A DNA stretch of 64,000 nt. It comes from a virus. Taxonomy: Duplodnaviria > Caudoviricetes. A model generated the notes under the pieces. That model made no database searches. It saw only the letters and a list, made by a program, of their open reading frames with translations, and was not told the origin of the DNA. The stretch spans positions 31,727-95,726 of IMG/VR virus record IMGVR_UViG_2767802123_000001; one strand, 5' to 3'. Positions 19,393 through 30,095 of this stretch are shown one piece after another (the stretch's first letter is position 1; each line of letters starts with the position of its first letter). The position numbers and the translations under genes were made by a program.

Positions 19393-21387
19393 TCACCCGA
19401 TCGTGCGGGCCGCCGTGGCGAGACCCTTGGACGACGTCGTGCCGGTCATCGTCGGCTTCACGATCCGCTGGTGCCAGGCCGGCCACACCATCGCGTCCAG
19501 CCGGTCCGGTGACCAGTCCAGCTCGTCGTACCAGGTGCACATCTGGTCCTCCAGCTCCGGGAATTCACCCACCATGTGCCACCGGCCCTGCTCGGACAGG
19601 GCCGATACCGGCTCCGCGCGCACCTTCTTCCCCCGCGTCGCGCGCACGGTCTTGATGGGGATGCGTACGCCCATCGCGTCGGCGGCGGCCCGAATCGTGT
19701 TGACGGCCATGTCCCCGCCGAAGTTGACCTCTACGCAGATGTCGTCCGCGTCGTAGTCGACGGCTGCCTGAACTGCGCGCCGGCCCCACCCGTCCGGGGA
19801 CAGGTGGCACGAGCGGTCGGCGAGGACATGGCCGTGGGCGAGCTGCGCCGGGCGGCCGTCGGACCGGACATGCTCCCGCATCGCCTTGCCCACGACGACA
19901 ATGCCTTGTTCGCCCCGGCCGCCCGAGGGGTCCACGCCGACGGAAATCCGTGCAAGGTCTGGAAGATCGGCTGGGCGCAGCCGGTGGGCGTCGATCACCG
20001 CGCGGGTCCACAGCGCGTTCTCGTCCTGGTCGATGATCTCGGCGTGCAGCTCCTGGCGGCCGATCTGCGTGCTGCCGTAGGCGTCCTCCAGCGCGGCCTT
20101 GATGTCCTCGGGCAGGTGCGGGTTGTCGTACATCGACGCCCGGGTGCGCACCACGTTCTCGACCCCGCCGGACGCGAGTTTCTTGATCAGCGCCCGGGGC
20201 TTCGGCGTGGTGGAAGCCACCCAGTGCGGCCGGGGGCCGGTGCGCAGACCGAAACGCATCTGGTCCCACGTGTCGTCCAGGTACCGCCAGGCCGCCAACT
20301 CCTCCAGCCACGAGAGGCAGTTGGAGACGAGCAGGTCACCCGCGAAGAACTCGTGATCGTGCTCAACCGTCAGGTCGTACACGCGCGCGGCGCGACTGAT
20401 ACGCGAGGACCGAAGTGCACCGGCGCGAACAGGCGCGGGTCGGCTTACGGACTTGGCACTCAAACGTGTCGCCGCACACGCAGCACACCCGTTCCTCCCG
20501 TGCTCGTGACGCATCCGCACGGCACTTCGGAGAGCAGTACCGCGCTGCGACCGTGCCCCGGGACTGGAAGGAGGCCCCGCAGCGCTCACACTCGAAACTT
20601 CGGTAGACCGCGCGGGCCCACTTTGTCTGGCCGCCCCGGCTGCGCTCCTCGGGGGTGAGATTACCCCCTCGCTTGCTCCCGTCTTGTTCCATGTGAGAAC
20701 ACTATCAAGTGGCCCGACGAGTAAAGCGGGCTTCCAGCCGTCGGCCGTCGCTACCTTGTGATCCGGGGTGAGCCACGTGAACCCCGCGCCGTGGTCGTAG
20801 CGCACCACGTCCTTCACACCGTTGTCCCAGACCTCCAGTACGGTGCGCAGTCCGTTGCGGGTCCACACGCGGTCCCCGGGCCGGACGGTCTCGATGTGCC
20901 GCTCCCCGTGCTCGGTGCGCACCAGCGTGCCCTCAGCCACGCACCTGTTACCGCCGGACCGCAGGCGCTCGACGCTGCCAGGGCTGTCGGCGCCGAACAG
21001 CTTCGCCTCCGAGCCGTTGGGCCAGCGGATGACCGTGCCGCCCTGGACGGTCATCATCCGCGCCTCGGGGCTGTGCACCCGGAGCCCGGAGGGACCGGCG
21101 TAGCAGGACGTCGCCGCGTCGCCGAGGGTCGGCGCGATGATGCCTATCCAGTGCGGGGTGGGGCCGGGCAGACACGGCGGGCCCATGACGTGCTCGTGGA
21201 CGTACCGTGCGCAGGCGTCCGTCTTGCCGGCGCCACGGCCGGCGAGGAGCAACCAGCCGTACCAGTCGCCCTCAGGCGGGACCTGGTGGGGCAGTGGAGT
21301 CCAGCGCGGTTCGGACAGCGTGCGCGCGTGCATCAGCAGACGTTCGGCCGCCGCGCGGCTCAGCATCCGGTCCACCATGGAGGTCAT
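19393..21387 (-). CDS. Terminase large subunit, intein-containing (start uncertain: 21378/21387)
   Basis: Walker A GRGAGKT, Walker B WLEE, VGVDPS nuclease motif, SPDRLDA. Confidence 0.9.
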   Translation of the reverse strand: MTSMVDRMLSRAAAERLLMHARTLSEPRWTPLPHQVPPEGDWYGWLLLAGRGAGKTDACARYVHEHVMGPPCLPGPTPHWIGIIAPTLGDAATSCYAGPSGLRVHSPEARMMTVQGGTVIRWPNGSEAKLFGADSPGSVERLRSGGNRCVAEGTLVRTEHGERHIETVRPGDRVWTRNGLRTVLEVWDNGVKDVVRYDHGAGFTWLTPDHKVATADGWKPALLVGPLDSVLTWNKTGASEGVISPPRSAAGAARQSGPARSTEVSSVSAAGPPSSPGARSQRGTALRSAVRMRHEHGRNGCAACAATRLSAKSVSRPAPVRAGALRSSRISRAARVYDLTVEHDHEFFAGDLLVSNCLSWLEELAAWRYLDDTWDQMRFGLRTGPRPHWVASTTPKPRALIKKLASGGVENVVRTRASMYDNPHLPEDIKAALEDAYGSTQIGRQELHAEIIDQDENALWTRAVIDAHRLRPADLPDLARISVGVDPSGGRGEQGIVVVGKAMREHVRSDGRPAQLAHGHVLADRSCHLSPDGWGRRAVQAAVDYDADDICVEVNFGGDMAVNTIRAAADAMGVRIPIKTVRATRGKKVRAEPVSALSEQGRWHMVGEFPELEDQMCTWYDELDWSPDRLDAMVWPAWHQRIVKPTMTGTTSSKGLATAARTIG
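20320..20943 (-). mobile_element. Intein (208 aa) in the terminase
   Basis: Starts CVAEGTLV, block B TPDH, ends VYDLTVEHDHEFFAGDLLVSN followed by Cys. Confidence 0.9.
20363..20692 (-). CDS. Nested out-of-frame zinc-finger ORF inside the intein
   Basis: Two CxxC...CSxxC units (CERCG..YCSPKC; CCVCG..ACSRRC). Confidence 0.65.
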   Translation of the reverse strand: MEQDGSKRGGNLTPEERSRGGQTKWARAVYRSFECERCGASFQSRGTVAARYCSPKCRADASRAREERVCCVCGDTFECQVRKPTRACSRRCTSVLAYQSRRARVRPDG

Positions 21388-21537
21388 TGTCGGTGGAGCT
21401 GCGGCCGTTGCTTTCCGGAGCGCCACGGAGCCCGTGCCAACTGGTGATCGGCACGGGCTCCGTGGTTGCGGACTACGGGGTAAGGCGGTCCCCGCTCCGG
21501 TCCTTGGCGCCGGCCCGCGCGGCCGTCTGCGGGGCGC

Positions 21538-22644
<1,107 letters not shown>

Positions 22645-23466
22645 TCAGGTCGTGGCGGGTTCGGGGAGCAGGCCGAGAGCGCGGGCCTTGCGCAGGGCCG
22701 CGTCCTTGCGCTGGGGCTTGTCCACCCAGTCCACCCCGAGGCGCTTGTACGCCTCGGAGACCCGTGAGGAGAAGGTTCCCGGGTGCATCTTCAGCCGGTC
22801 GGCGGCGACTGAGAAACTGACCCCGGTCTCCAGCTCCCGTAGGATCTTCACGTGCGTGTCCGAGAGGCGGATCTGACGATCCGTCGGTGTCGGCGGGTCG
22901 GGCCTGCACACCCCGAGCAGGCCGCGCATCCGGGCCTCCCGTAGTGCGGCCTCCCGGCGGACCACCTGTGGGAGATGCGAGACTCCGAGGGCCGCATACA
23001 CGGAGGTGGTGAGGTTCTTGACGACGTGGTGGCGGACGCCCCACGCGGCGCACACCTGGGCCACGGTGCGCCCGGCGTCGAACGCGCGCAGCAGCCGGAC
23101 CTCCGCCGGGTTGAGTTGCACGCGACGGTTGCGCAGGGCGGCCTCGGTCTCCGCGCGCTCACGGTTGCCGCGCTTACAGGCCGGGCAGGTCGGCTCCTCG
23201 CGCTTGATGTGGCGGCGGTAAGCGGCCAGGGTGCCGCAGTCCTCGTACGGGCCTATGTGTCCGCCGAGGAGCCCGTTACGGACGGCCTGTGCGGCCGTGT
23301 CGGCATTGAGCAGTTGGAGGATGCGGGCGCGCGTTCCCTTGATGCTCCCGAAGGTCTCCCCGGGCATGGCCCGCACGATGTCCTGGCGGTCCTTCCCCAT
23401 GGACAGCAGCCACAGCACGCGGCGTTGACGTTCGGTCAGGACGACAGGTTGCGGCTCGCTGTCCAT
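22645..23466 (-). CDS. Triple LuxR-like HTH regulator with Cys/His motif
   Basis: Three repeats (LTERQ.., LNPAE.., LSDTH..) and CGTLAAYRRH...CPACK. Confidence 0.7.
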   Translation of the reverse strand: MDSEPQPVVLTERQRRVLWLLSMGKDRQDIVRAMPGETFGSIKGTRARILQLLNADTAAQAVRNGLLGGHIGPYEDCGTLAAYRRHIKREEPTCPACKRGNRERAETEAALRNRRVQLNPAEVRLLRAFDAGRTVAQVCAAWGVRHHVVKNLTTSVYAALGVSHLPQVVRREAALREARMRGLLGVCRPDPPTPTDRQIRLSDTHVKILRELETGVSFSVAADRLKMHPGTFSSRVSEAYKRLGVDWVDKPQRKDAALRKARALGLLPEPATT

Positions 23467-23626
23467 GCGGGTGTCTCCCTCCGTAGATTGGGGCGGGCCC
23501 CGGGTCACGTCCACTGACCCGGGGCCCTTGTCGACCGGCGACGTCCCGGGACGGATCACCGGGTCTGCCAGGACACTCTCATTTAGTTAAATCCCCGATT
23601 GATGGTTTTGTTAAACCATCCTGGCG

Positions 23627-24709
23627 TCACAACTCCAGCCACAGCGGGTTATCGAGAGACCAGCGCACGGTGGTCTCTATGGACTGCTCCAGCGGCACCG
23701 GGGGCTTCCAGCCGAGGGAGGCGAGCCGCGCGCCGTCCAGGGCGTAGCGCAGGTCGTGGCCCGGCCGCGAGGCGTGGAAGGAGATGGGTTCGATGAGGTC
23801 GTCCACCCCGGCGGAGTCCATGCCCATCGCGGCGCCGACCAGATGCACTAGCTCGATGTTGTCCACCTCGCGCTCGCCGACGATGTTGTACCGCTCGGGC
23901 CGGGTGAACGCGCCGTCCCGGTACTGCGCCGGGCCCATGGCGATACGTATGTGCTCGCCGCTCAGCGTGGTCACGTCGGGCTCGTCTTCGGTGTACCGGC
24001 GCGTCAGGAACAGCCAGGCGTCGGCCAGGTTGCGCGCGTGCAGGTAGAACCGGGAGCCCGGGGTTCCGTCGGGCGCGGTGTGCACCATGATGGACCGGCC
24101 CGCCCGCAAACTCTTGATGATCTTCGGCAGAAACTTCTCCCCGTCCTGCATTTCTCCGATCACGTTCATCGTGTTGGTGAGGACGACCGGCACGCCGTAG
24201 GTACGCCAGTAGCTGACGGCGATGGACTCCTGCGCCGCCTTGCTCGCCGAGTACGGGTTCGACGGCACAGCTGGCTCCCACTCCGTGTGCCGGTGCTCGC
24301 CGTAGGCCGGGCCGTACACCTCGTCCGTGGACATCTGGAGGAACAGCCGGGGCTCGATGGCCCGCGCGACCTCCAGGACGTTCAGCATCAGAGCGACGTT
24401 GTTCTGCACGAACGGCACCGGATGGGATATCGAGCGGTCCACGTGCGACTCGCTCGCCACGTTCATGACGACGTCGCAGCCGCCGAACTGGTGCAGCGTC
24501 AGCGGGTCGGCCGGGGACCGCATGTCCCAGTGCACGATGTCCACGCGGTGCGACCAGTCGGTGTCGCACACGGCCGAGGCGATCCGGGCCGGCAAACCCT
24601 TGTGGTGGAAGGAAACCGGGCAGACGATCTCCCAGTCGGTGTGCGTCAGCAGGTGGCGCAGGACGTGGCTGCCGACGAACCCCGACGCACCCGTGAGCAG
24701 AACGCGCAT
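23627..24709 (-). CDS. dTDP-glucose 4,6-dehydratase-like SDR
   Basis: TGASGFVG, ESHVDRSI, STDEVYG, YSASK, RPGHDLRY. Confidence 0.85.
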   Translation of the reverse strand: MRVLLTGASGFVGSHVLRHLLTHTDWEIVCPVSFHHKGLPARIASAVCDTDWSHRVDIVHWDMRSPADPLTLHQFGGCDVVMNVASESHVDRSISHPVPFVQNNVALMLNVLEVARAIEPRLFLQMSTDEVYGPAYGEHRHTEWEPAVPSNPYSASKAAQESIAVSYWRTYGVPVVLTNTMNVIGEMQDGEKFLPKIIKSLRAGRSIMVHTAPDGTPGSRFYLHARNLADAWLFLTRRYTEDEPDVTTLSGEHIRIAMGPAQYRDGAFTRPERYNIVGEREVDNIELVHLVGAAMGMDSAGVDDLIEPISFHASRPGHDLRYALDGARLASLGWKPPVPLEQSIETTVRWSLDNPLWLEL

Positions 24710-24875
24710 GGCCACCCATTTCCTCGGTCCCTGATCCGTGGGCCGGATGGTAGCCAGGGGCGGGGAAATCGCCGAACACGCAGGAACCGCCCGGTGCGGC
24801 GCCGGGCGGTTCCTCAAGCCGAGGCGGTGCGAGCGCACCAGCCGTCCCAGGTGTCGTACCCAGACGGCCGGCCGG

Positions 24876-25130
24876 TTACTCGGTGGCGAGCTGGTCCTGC
24901 ATGGCCGCACTGTAGGCGCGCTCGATGTAGAGCACCTCCTGCTCGGTGCCGTTGGCGTAGTCGTTGCGGAGCTGGTTCAGGGCCGCCTCCAGGTACGGCT
25001 GGAACAGCTCGAACGCCTCGCGCCGCCCCGCGTTGTCCGTCCGTACGGTGATGCTCACGGGCAGGTTGTCGCTGGTGGCGAGCGAGTAGGTGACGCTCGC
25101 CGTGGTGAAGCCATCGGTGGGAAGGGGCAC
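24876..25130 (-). CDS. Hypothetical protein
   Basis: AGGAGG RBS. Confidence 0.6.
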   Translation of the reverse strand: MPLPTDGFTTASVTYSLATSDNLPVSITVRTDNAGRREAFELFQPYLEAALNQLRNDYANGTEQEVLYIERAYSAAMQDQLATE

Positions 25131-25197
25131 GTCTGCCTCCTGTGTCGTGGGTCGGGCCCCGGATGATGTCACCGAATGCCGTGACCACCTACCGTCG

Positions 25198-25839
25198 TCA
25201 CTCCGGCTCCTCGGTCTCGCCGACGACCTCGCCCTCCACAACGCGCAGGTGCGCGCCGGCCGCCTCCAGCATTCGCTGCCGCTGCGCGGGCTCCAACTCC
25301 ACGGCGTTCGCGCCGGCCAGGATCGCCTCCACGACCACCGTCGTCTCCTCCTCCACCCGGCGGTCCAGCGCGATGGTCAGCTTCTCACTGGAGTCCGTGC
25401 CGTCGATCTTCGCCTGCCGCTCCTCGATGCGTTGCAGACGGTCGATGCACGCGAGGACCACCCCGTCGTCGCGCAGCGGCTGGCCGTCAGGACCGTGGAC
25501 GATCTGCCCGGCGTGCAGCACGTAGTGCGGTCGGGCGAGGACCGCGTGGACCTGACGGCGCATTCCGTCCAGCCGCATCCGGGCCGCCTCACGGTACTCC
25601 TCCAGGCCCATCGACAGCTCTTTGTTGGCCTGCTTCAGCGCACGGGAAACGTCCACGCACGCGTACGCGGCCGACGCGATGCCCTCACCGTCCAGATACT
25701 CCGGATAGTCCGAAGCCATCTGATCGGCGACCTGCTGCCAGGTCAGACCCCGGTTCTTCAGCTCGATGGCCCGAGCCCTGCGCTTCGCCACATAGGCCCG
25801 GTGACTGGGCTGACGGTGCGGAGGATCACCCCTCGCCAT
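25198..25839 (-). CDS. Probable terminase small subunit
   Basis: N-terminal HTH (RAIELKNRGLTWQQVA), IDRLQRIEERQAKIDG; upstream of the large terminase. Confidence 0.65.
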   Translation of the reverse strand: MARGDPPHRQPSHRAYVAKRRARAIELKNRGLTWQQVADQMASDYPEYLDGEGIASAAYACVDVSRALKQANKELSMGLEEYREAARMRLDGMRRQVHAVLARPHYVLHAGQIVHGPDGQPLRDDGVVLACIDRLQRIEERQAKIDGTDSSEKLTIALDRRVEEETTVVVEAILAGANAVELEPAQRQRMLEAAGAHLRVVEGEVVGETEEPE

Positions 25840-25870
25840 GACTTAACCCTCCCTATCCTTTAACGGACAT

Positions 25871-26641
25871 CTACAGTCCGCAGCGCGTGGCGAACGCCCC
25901 GACCACGACCCACTGGTGCCAGCGGAACAGGATCTCCGGGTCGTGCCATCCGGCCGCTGTGATCGAGTGAATGAGCGTGTCCTGCGGGTGCGGTATGAGG
26001 ACCCCGCGCAGCGCCCGGGACTTGGCCCGGATGCCGTCCGGGGAGATGCCGTGCGAGGCCTTCCAGTCATGCGAGGAGTCGGTGCTGATCTCATGCCACC
26101 GGGAGTCCAGCGGGCGGACCTTCTCCGCGACGACGAGCGCCCCCGTCTCACGGGCAGACATCCGCGCCAGGTGCAGTGCCCCGACCCGCTCACGTAGCGG
26201 CAGGAACTGGAGCGTGAACAGGCACAGCGTCAGGTCCGCGTCCGTGTGCTGGAGCGGCGGTTCCTGAATCGGCGCGTGCACGTAGTCGATGCGCCGTGCC
26301 GGCACCCCGGCCAGATTCTCAGCGGCCCGGTCCAGCATCGGTTTCTCGATGTCGTACAGCACGGCCGACAAGTCCCGGTGCGCCTGGCGCTGGAGGATGG
26401 CGCCTACCGTGGTGCCAGTAGCTGCCCCGAGGTCCGCCACCAGGCCGCCCTGTGGTACGAGCCAGTCCGACAGGCCCGCCACCAGGTCCTGAATCGCGTC
26501 GTAGAACGGAACGGACGCGCGCACGTGGCTGTCGAACGCGTCGACCACGTCCGGGGTGAACGCCCAGGCGCCAGCGGTGAAGGACTCAGCCACGTCCCGG
26601 TACACAGGTGTCTCAGCCGTAGAGTCGTCGGTGTTCGGCAC
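25871..26641 (-). CDS. cmoA: CmoA-like carboxy-SAM synthase
   Basis: WAF..V..FD.HVRASVPFY, DLGAATG, FTLQFL, GALVVAEK, HDWKASHG; collinear with E. coli CmoA as recalled. Confidence 0.75.
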   Translation of the reverse strand: MPNTDDSTAETPVYRDVAESFTAGAWAFTPDVVDAFDSHVRASVPFYDAIQDLVAGLSDWLVPQGGLVADLGAATGTTVGAILQRQAHRDLSAVLYDIEKPMLDRAAENLAGVPARRIDYVHAPIQEPPLQHTDADLTLCLFTLQFLPLRERVGALHLARMSARETGALVVAEKVRPLDSRWHEISTDSSHDWKASHGISPDGIRAKSRALRGVLIPHPQDTLIHSITAAGWHDPEILFRWHQWVVVGAFATRCGL

Positions 26642-28019
26642 GGTAGTACCTCGCAGGGTCTGGAAGGGTTTCACTGATCACGGTCTTGAGGCCCAGGCCG
26701 TCCTGGAACGCGACCTTGGCCCGGGTGGTGACGGACTCGGGGAGCCGGCCCCGGTACGCGCGCTGGAGCACAGCCTTCGGCCGGGCCTTACCGTCCTGAA
26801 CGGCGTGCCGGGGCAGAGACAGCGCGAGGTCTACGACGTCCGGGTCCAGAAACGGCAGGCGACCCTCCACGCCGTGAGCCATGAACGCCTTGTTGACACG
26901 GGGGAAGTTGCGCCGGGCCTGTGCAGCGATCAGGTCCCGGCGGTAGGCGTACCAGTCGGCTTTCGCCAGCCCGTGGTAGGCGAACCCGTAGCTGGCCCAC
27001 AGCTCGTCACTGCCCTCGCCGCTGTACGTGACCTTGAAGCCGTCGGAGCGGATGGCCCGCGCGAGGGCGAGGCACGGCCACGCGATCTCGACCTGGGCCT
27101 TGTACTCCAGCTCCACCTGCGCGACGACGCGCGAGAGGTCGTCCGCCGTCGGCGGCGGGATGTCGACCTCCACCAACTTGGCGCCGATCATCTCGGCCGT
27201 TTCCCGGGCGCAGCGCAGGTCTCGTGACTTCGGGTCCAGGCGAGCGGTGTAGCAGACCAGGTCCGGGTAATGCCGCTTCAGCTCCAGCGCGATGGCGGCG
27301 GAGTCGATGCCGCCGGACAGCAGGGAGCACACCGGAACATCTGCGATAGCCCGCCGGTCCACGGCCCGCTCCAGCGCCCCGGCGAGAGCGTCGGCCGCGT
27401 TGTCCAGGGTCCAGTCGGCCGGGTGCGCGGTGAGCCGGTGGAAGGCCCGCCGGGAGGTGGCGCCGCTGGTTGCGTCCGTGCTCCACCACTCCCCTGGGCC
27501 GACGTCCATCACGGCCGGGCCGCAGCGACGACCGAGTGCGGTGAACGCCTTCAGCTCCGAGGCGTAGAGCACCGGCCGGGCCCGGTGGACGTGCAACGGG
27601 ATCTCCCCGTGCCGGTCACGCGCCGCGTGCAACACGCCAGGCTCCCGGTCGTCCGTCCACACCAGGGCGAACATGCCGTCCAGGACGGGCAGCGCGCGAG
27701 CAGGGCCGAGGACAGCCAGGGCTGCCGCCACGACCTCCGTGTCGCCGGATGTCTGCCAGGTGCGGCCCGGCTCCGCACGTTCGACCATTCGCCGCACGGC
27801 GCCCGCGTTGAACAGCTCCCCGTTGTAGACGAGCAGCACCGGGCCGTCGCGGTACGGCTGGTCGGACCGTTCCTGCGGGTCCTGGACCGCCAGCCGAGTG
27901 TGCCCGAGGGTGCAGCCGCCGGACTCCGCGACGGCTGACGCGTCCGGGCCCCGGTGTGCGAGAGCGGTAACCGCCCGGCCGAGGTCGAGATGCCCGGCGG
28001 CGGCGACCAGACCGCACAT
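26613..28019 (-). CDS. Asparagine synthetase B-like glutamine amidotransferase
   Basis: MCGL N-terminal Cys, HTRL, NGEL, SGGIDS, SGEGSDE, RLPFLD. Confidence 0.9.
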   Translation of the reverse strand: MCGLVAAAGHLDLGRAVTALAHRGPDASAVAESGGCTLGHTRLAVQDPQERSDQPYRDGPVLLVYNGELFNAGAVRRMVERAEPGRTWQTSGDTEVVAAALAVLGPARALPVLDGMFALVWTDDREPGVLHAARDRHGEIPLHVHRARPVLYASELKAFTALGRRCGPAVMDVGPGEWWSTDATSGATSRRAFHRLTAHPADWTLDNAADALAGALERAVDRRAIADVPVCSLLSGGIDSAAIALELKRHYPDLVCYTARLDPKSRDLRCARETAEMIGAKLVEVDIPPPTADDLSRVVAQVELEYKAQVEIAWPCLALARAIRSDGFKVTYSGEGSDELWASYGFAYHGLAKADWYAYRRDLIAAQARRNFPRVNKAFMAHGVEGRLPFLDPDVVDLALSLPRHAVQDGKARPKAVLQRAYRGRLPESVTTRAKVAFQDGLGLKTVISETLPDPARYYRAEHRRLYG

Positions 28020-29362
28020 CAGATCGCCCCTGCCTCACGCAGCGGCACGAGGATCCGGTCCCGCACTGTGGCGGCGATGTGGGACATCATCACTGGCGGC
28101 ACGGCCCGGCCGATGCGCTCCCAGCGCTGCGCGTACGTCCCGGTGAGCACGAAGTCGGCCGGGAACCCGCCGATAGCGCGCAGCTCCTGAAGCGTCAGCT
28201 TCCGGGCCTCGGTCCAGTGTGTCGGACCTGTGAAACCCGGGCCGCCTTGCCCCTGTGCAGCCATCACCGTGTCGTACGGCCGGTCCGGGTGCTGACGTCG
28301 GACGTGAAAGTACCTCTGCGATTTCTCGCCGGGCCGTAGCTTCTCCCAGTCGTCCCCGATGGCGTACCCCTTGATGGACAAGGCCTGGCCGGTCTCCGGG
28401 TCGTGGGTGACCGGTTCCGCCTCGCCGCGCACTTGGTAGTGGCATGCGCTCGTGGCTGTTCCGCCTACCGTGATCGCTGGTGACGGTTTGTCCGTCACGT
28501 CACCTGCGCTGAACTGGCCGGACGTGTCGTGGAACACGCGGGGCTCCGCGATGACCCGAGACGGCGGGAAGTTGCCGTTCCCGGTGCCGGGGTCCGCACC
28601 GATGGTCGGGGACGGCTGGTCAGCCGCGCGCATGGACCCGCCGCCGAACCCGCCGTTGTCTCCCTGCGCGAGGATCCACGGCAGTGCGTCCCGCACGGTG
28701 TACTGGTACGGCAGCGGGCCAGGGTGCACCGGGTCCATGCCGAGGTCTTCGCGCACGCCCACGAAGATGAGCCGGTTGCGAGACTGCGGGACGCCGAGCC
28801 ACGAGGCGTCCAGCACCCGGGCGGACACGCGGTACCCGCACGCGCGCAGCCGGGCCAAGATCAGCTTGAAGTATCCCTTGGCCGTGCCCCGGACCAGCCC
28901 GGCGACATTCTCAGCGACGAACACCCGGGGCTGCGTCTCCTCGATGAGTCGGGCGTACTCAAAGAACAAGTCGTCCGTACGTTGCTGGGTGTCGCTGTAC
29001 TTCTTCACCTGGCCCCAGCCGGCCTCACGCTTGCCGGCCGTGGAGAACGAGGCGCACGGCGGTGACCCGTCGAACAGGTCGATCTCCCCGACGCCGAGGC
29101 CGCACGCGTCCAAGACGTCCTGCCCCTTGACCTCCCGGATGTCCCGGGTGTCCAGCACGGTATGCGGCGCTGCATTGGCACGGTAAGTGTCCTGCGCGGC
29201 GGGGACGAACTCAGAGGCCCACAGCATTCTGAAGCCGGCCATGCGGTAGCCGAGGGACGACCCGCCGCACCCGCTGAAAGTCGACACGGCGTTGAAGCCG
29301 TTCCACGACAGCGCCCGGATCTCCTCCATGGACGGGACGCGGTACGGGGGCTTGTCGGTCAC
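28019..29362 (-). CDS. C5-cytosine DNA methyltransferase-family enzyme, probable carboxymethyltransferase
   Basis: FSGCGG, GSPPC, ENV, QSRNR; motif X reads GRAVPP instead of GNAVPP. Confidence 0.85.
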   Translation of the reverse strand: MTDKPPYRVPSMEEIRALSWNGFNAVSTFSGCGGSSLGYRMAGFRMLWASEFVPAAQDTYRANAAPHTVLDTRDIREVKGQDVLDACGLGVGEIDLFDGSPPCASFSTAGKREAGWGQVKKYSDTQQRTDDLFFEYARLIEETQPRVFVAENVAGLVRGTAKGYFKLILARLRACGYRVSARVLDASWLGVPQSRNRLIFVGVREDLGMDPVHPGPLPYQYTVRDALPWILAQGDNGGFGGGSMRAADQPSPTIGADPGTGNGNFPPSRVIAEPRVFHDTSGQFSAGDVTDKPSPAITVGGTATSACHYQVRGEAEPVTHDPETGQALSIKGYAIGDDWEKLRPGEKSQRYFHVRRQHPDRPYDTVMAAQGQGGPGFTGPTHWTEARKLTLQELRAIGGFPADFVLTGTYAQRWERIGRAVPPVMMSHIAATVRDRILVPLREAGAI

Positions 29363-29973
29363 CGGGACTTCCCCGACCACTCGTACCCGCACTTGGGGCA
29401 CCGGTGCTCGGTCTCGATGTCCTCGTCATAGGACGGGAACTCCGTAGGTGGCACCGAGGCGGGGACGGCGGTCGCGTCGAACTCGGGTGTCTCCGCCTGC
29501 TGGCCGAACAGGTCGGCCTCGCTCACCTCGTAGCCTGTGCCCACCAGGTCGTCGTCCAGGGAAGCGAGCAGGGCCGCCAGGGCCTCGTCGTCGTAGTCGC
29601 CGTCGTCGGCCGACTTGTTGTCCACCAGGTTGATGCGCGTGGCGGTGTCGTCGTCGCACTCGATGAGGTGCGCGAGAGCGGTCGGGTCGTCGGCGTCCAC
29701 GTTGATGCAGAGCTGGCACGGCCGGTTGTGCGTCAGCTCCCAGTCCTGGCACGCCTCACGGCCGGACTCCTCGTGCCGCAGCAACGCGAGGTACGTGTGG
29801 TTCCCGGCGAGGATCGTCAGCTCCTCGCCCTGCCGGCGCACGGTGAGCGGCTTGTACTGGCCGTTGGCCCGGAGGCTGTCCAGGATCACGTCCACGTTGC
29901 CCCGGCGCGCGTTACCGGGGAACGGGGTGAGATCTTCCAGCGAAACCTGTTCGGTTCCGACGGTCGTGGTCAT
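29359..29973 (-). CDS. ParB/Srx N-terminal-domain protein with C-terminal CxxC
   Basis: PFPGNARRG, GQYKPL, ILAGNH, CPKCGYEW. Confidence 0.75.
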   Translation of the reverse strand: MTTTVGTEQVSLEDLTPFPGNARRGNVDVILDSLRANGQYKPLTVRRQGEELTILAGNHTYLALLRHEESGREACQDWELTHNRPCQLCINVDADDPTALAHLIECDDDTATRINLVDNKSADDGDYDDEALAALLASLDDDLVGTGYEVSEADLFGQQAETPEFDATAVPASVPPTEFPSYDEDIETEHRCPKCGYEWSGKSR

Positions 29974-30095
29974 CGCGGCCCCTTCGCCTGGTCGACGGAC
30001 GCGGCGATGTTAAGACCGGAGCAGCCCATGATCATTCCGGAGTACGACGAAGCCCCGGGCCGTGAGGCTCCGGGGCTCGGTGGTTCATCGGGCGG

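Noticed and set aside
21388-21470. Terminase start at 21426
   Set aside because: That GTG lies within a 16-bp hairpin that likely terminates the upstream gene; 21387 or 21378 is more plausible.
25871-26641. CmoA for tRNA cmo5U modification
   Set aside because: No CmoB-like partner in the window; the adjacent cytosine transferase has the basic residue expected for Cx-SAM use.
26613-28019. Ordinary asparagine synthetase as an auxiliary metabolic gene
   Set aside because: Shorter than typical AsnB and overlapping a DNA transferase and a CmoA-like gene; context favours DNA modification, though this is unproven.
29359-29973. ParABS partition system
   Set aside because: Only the ParB N-terminal domain is present; no HTH and no ParA nearby.
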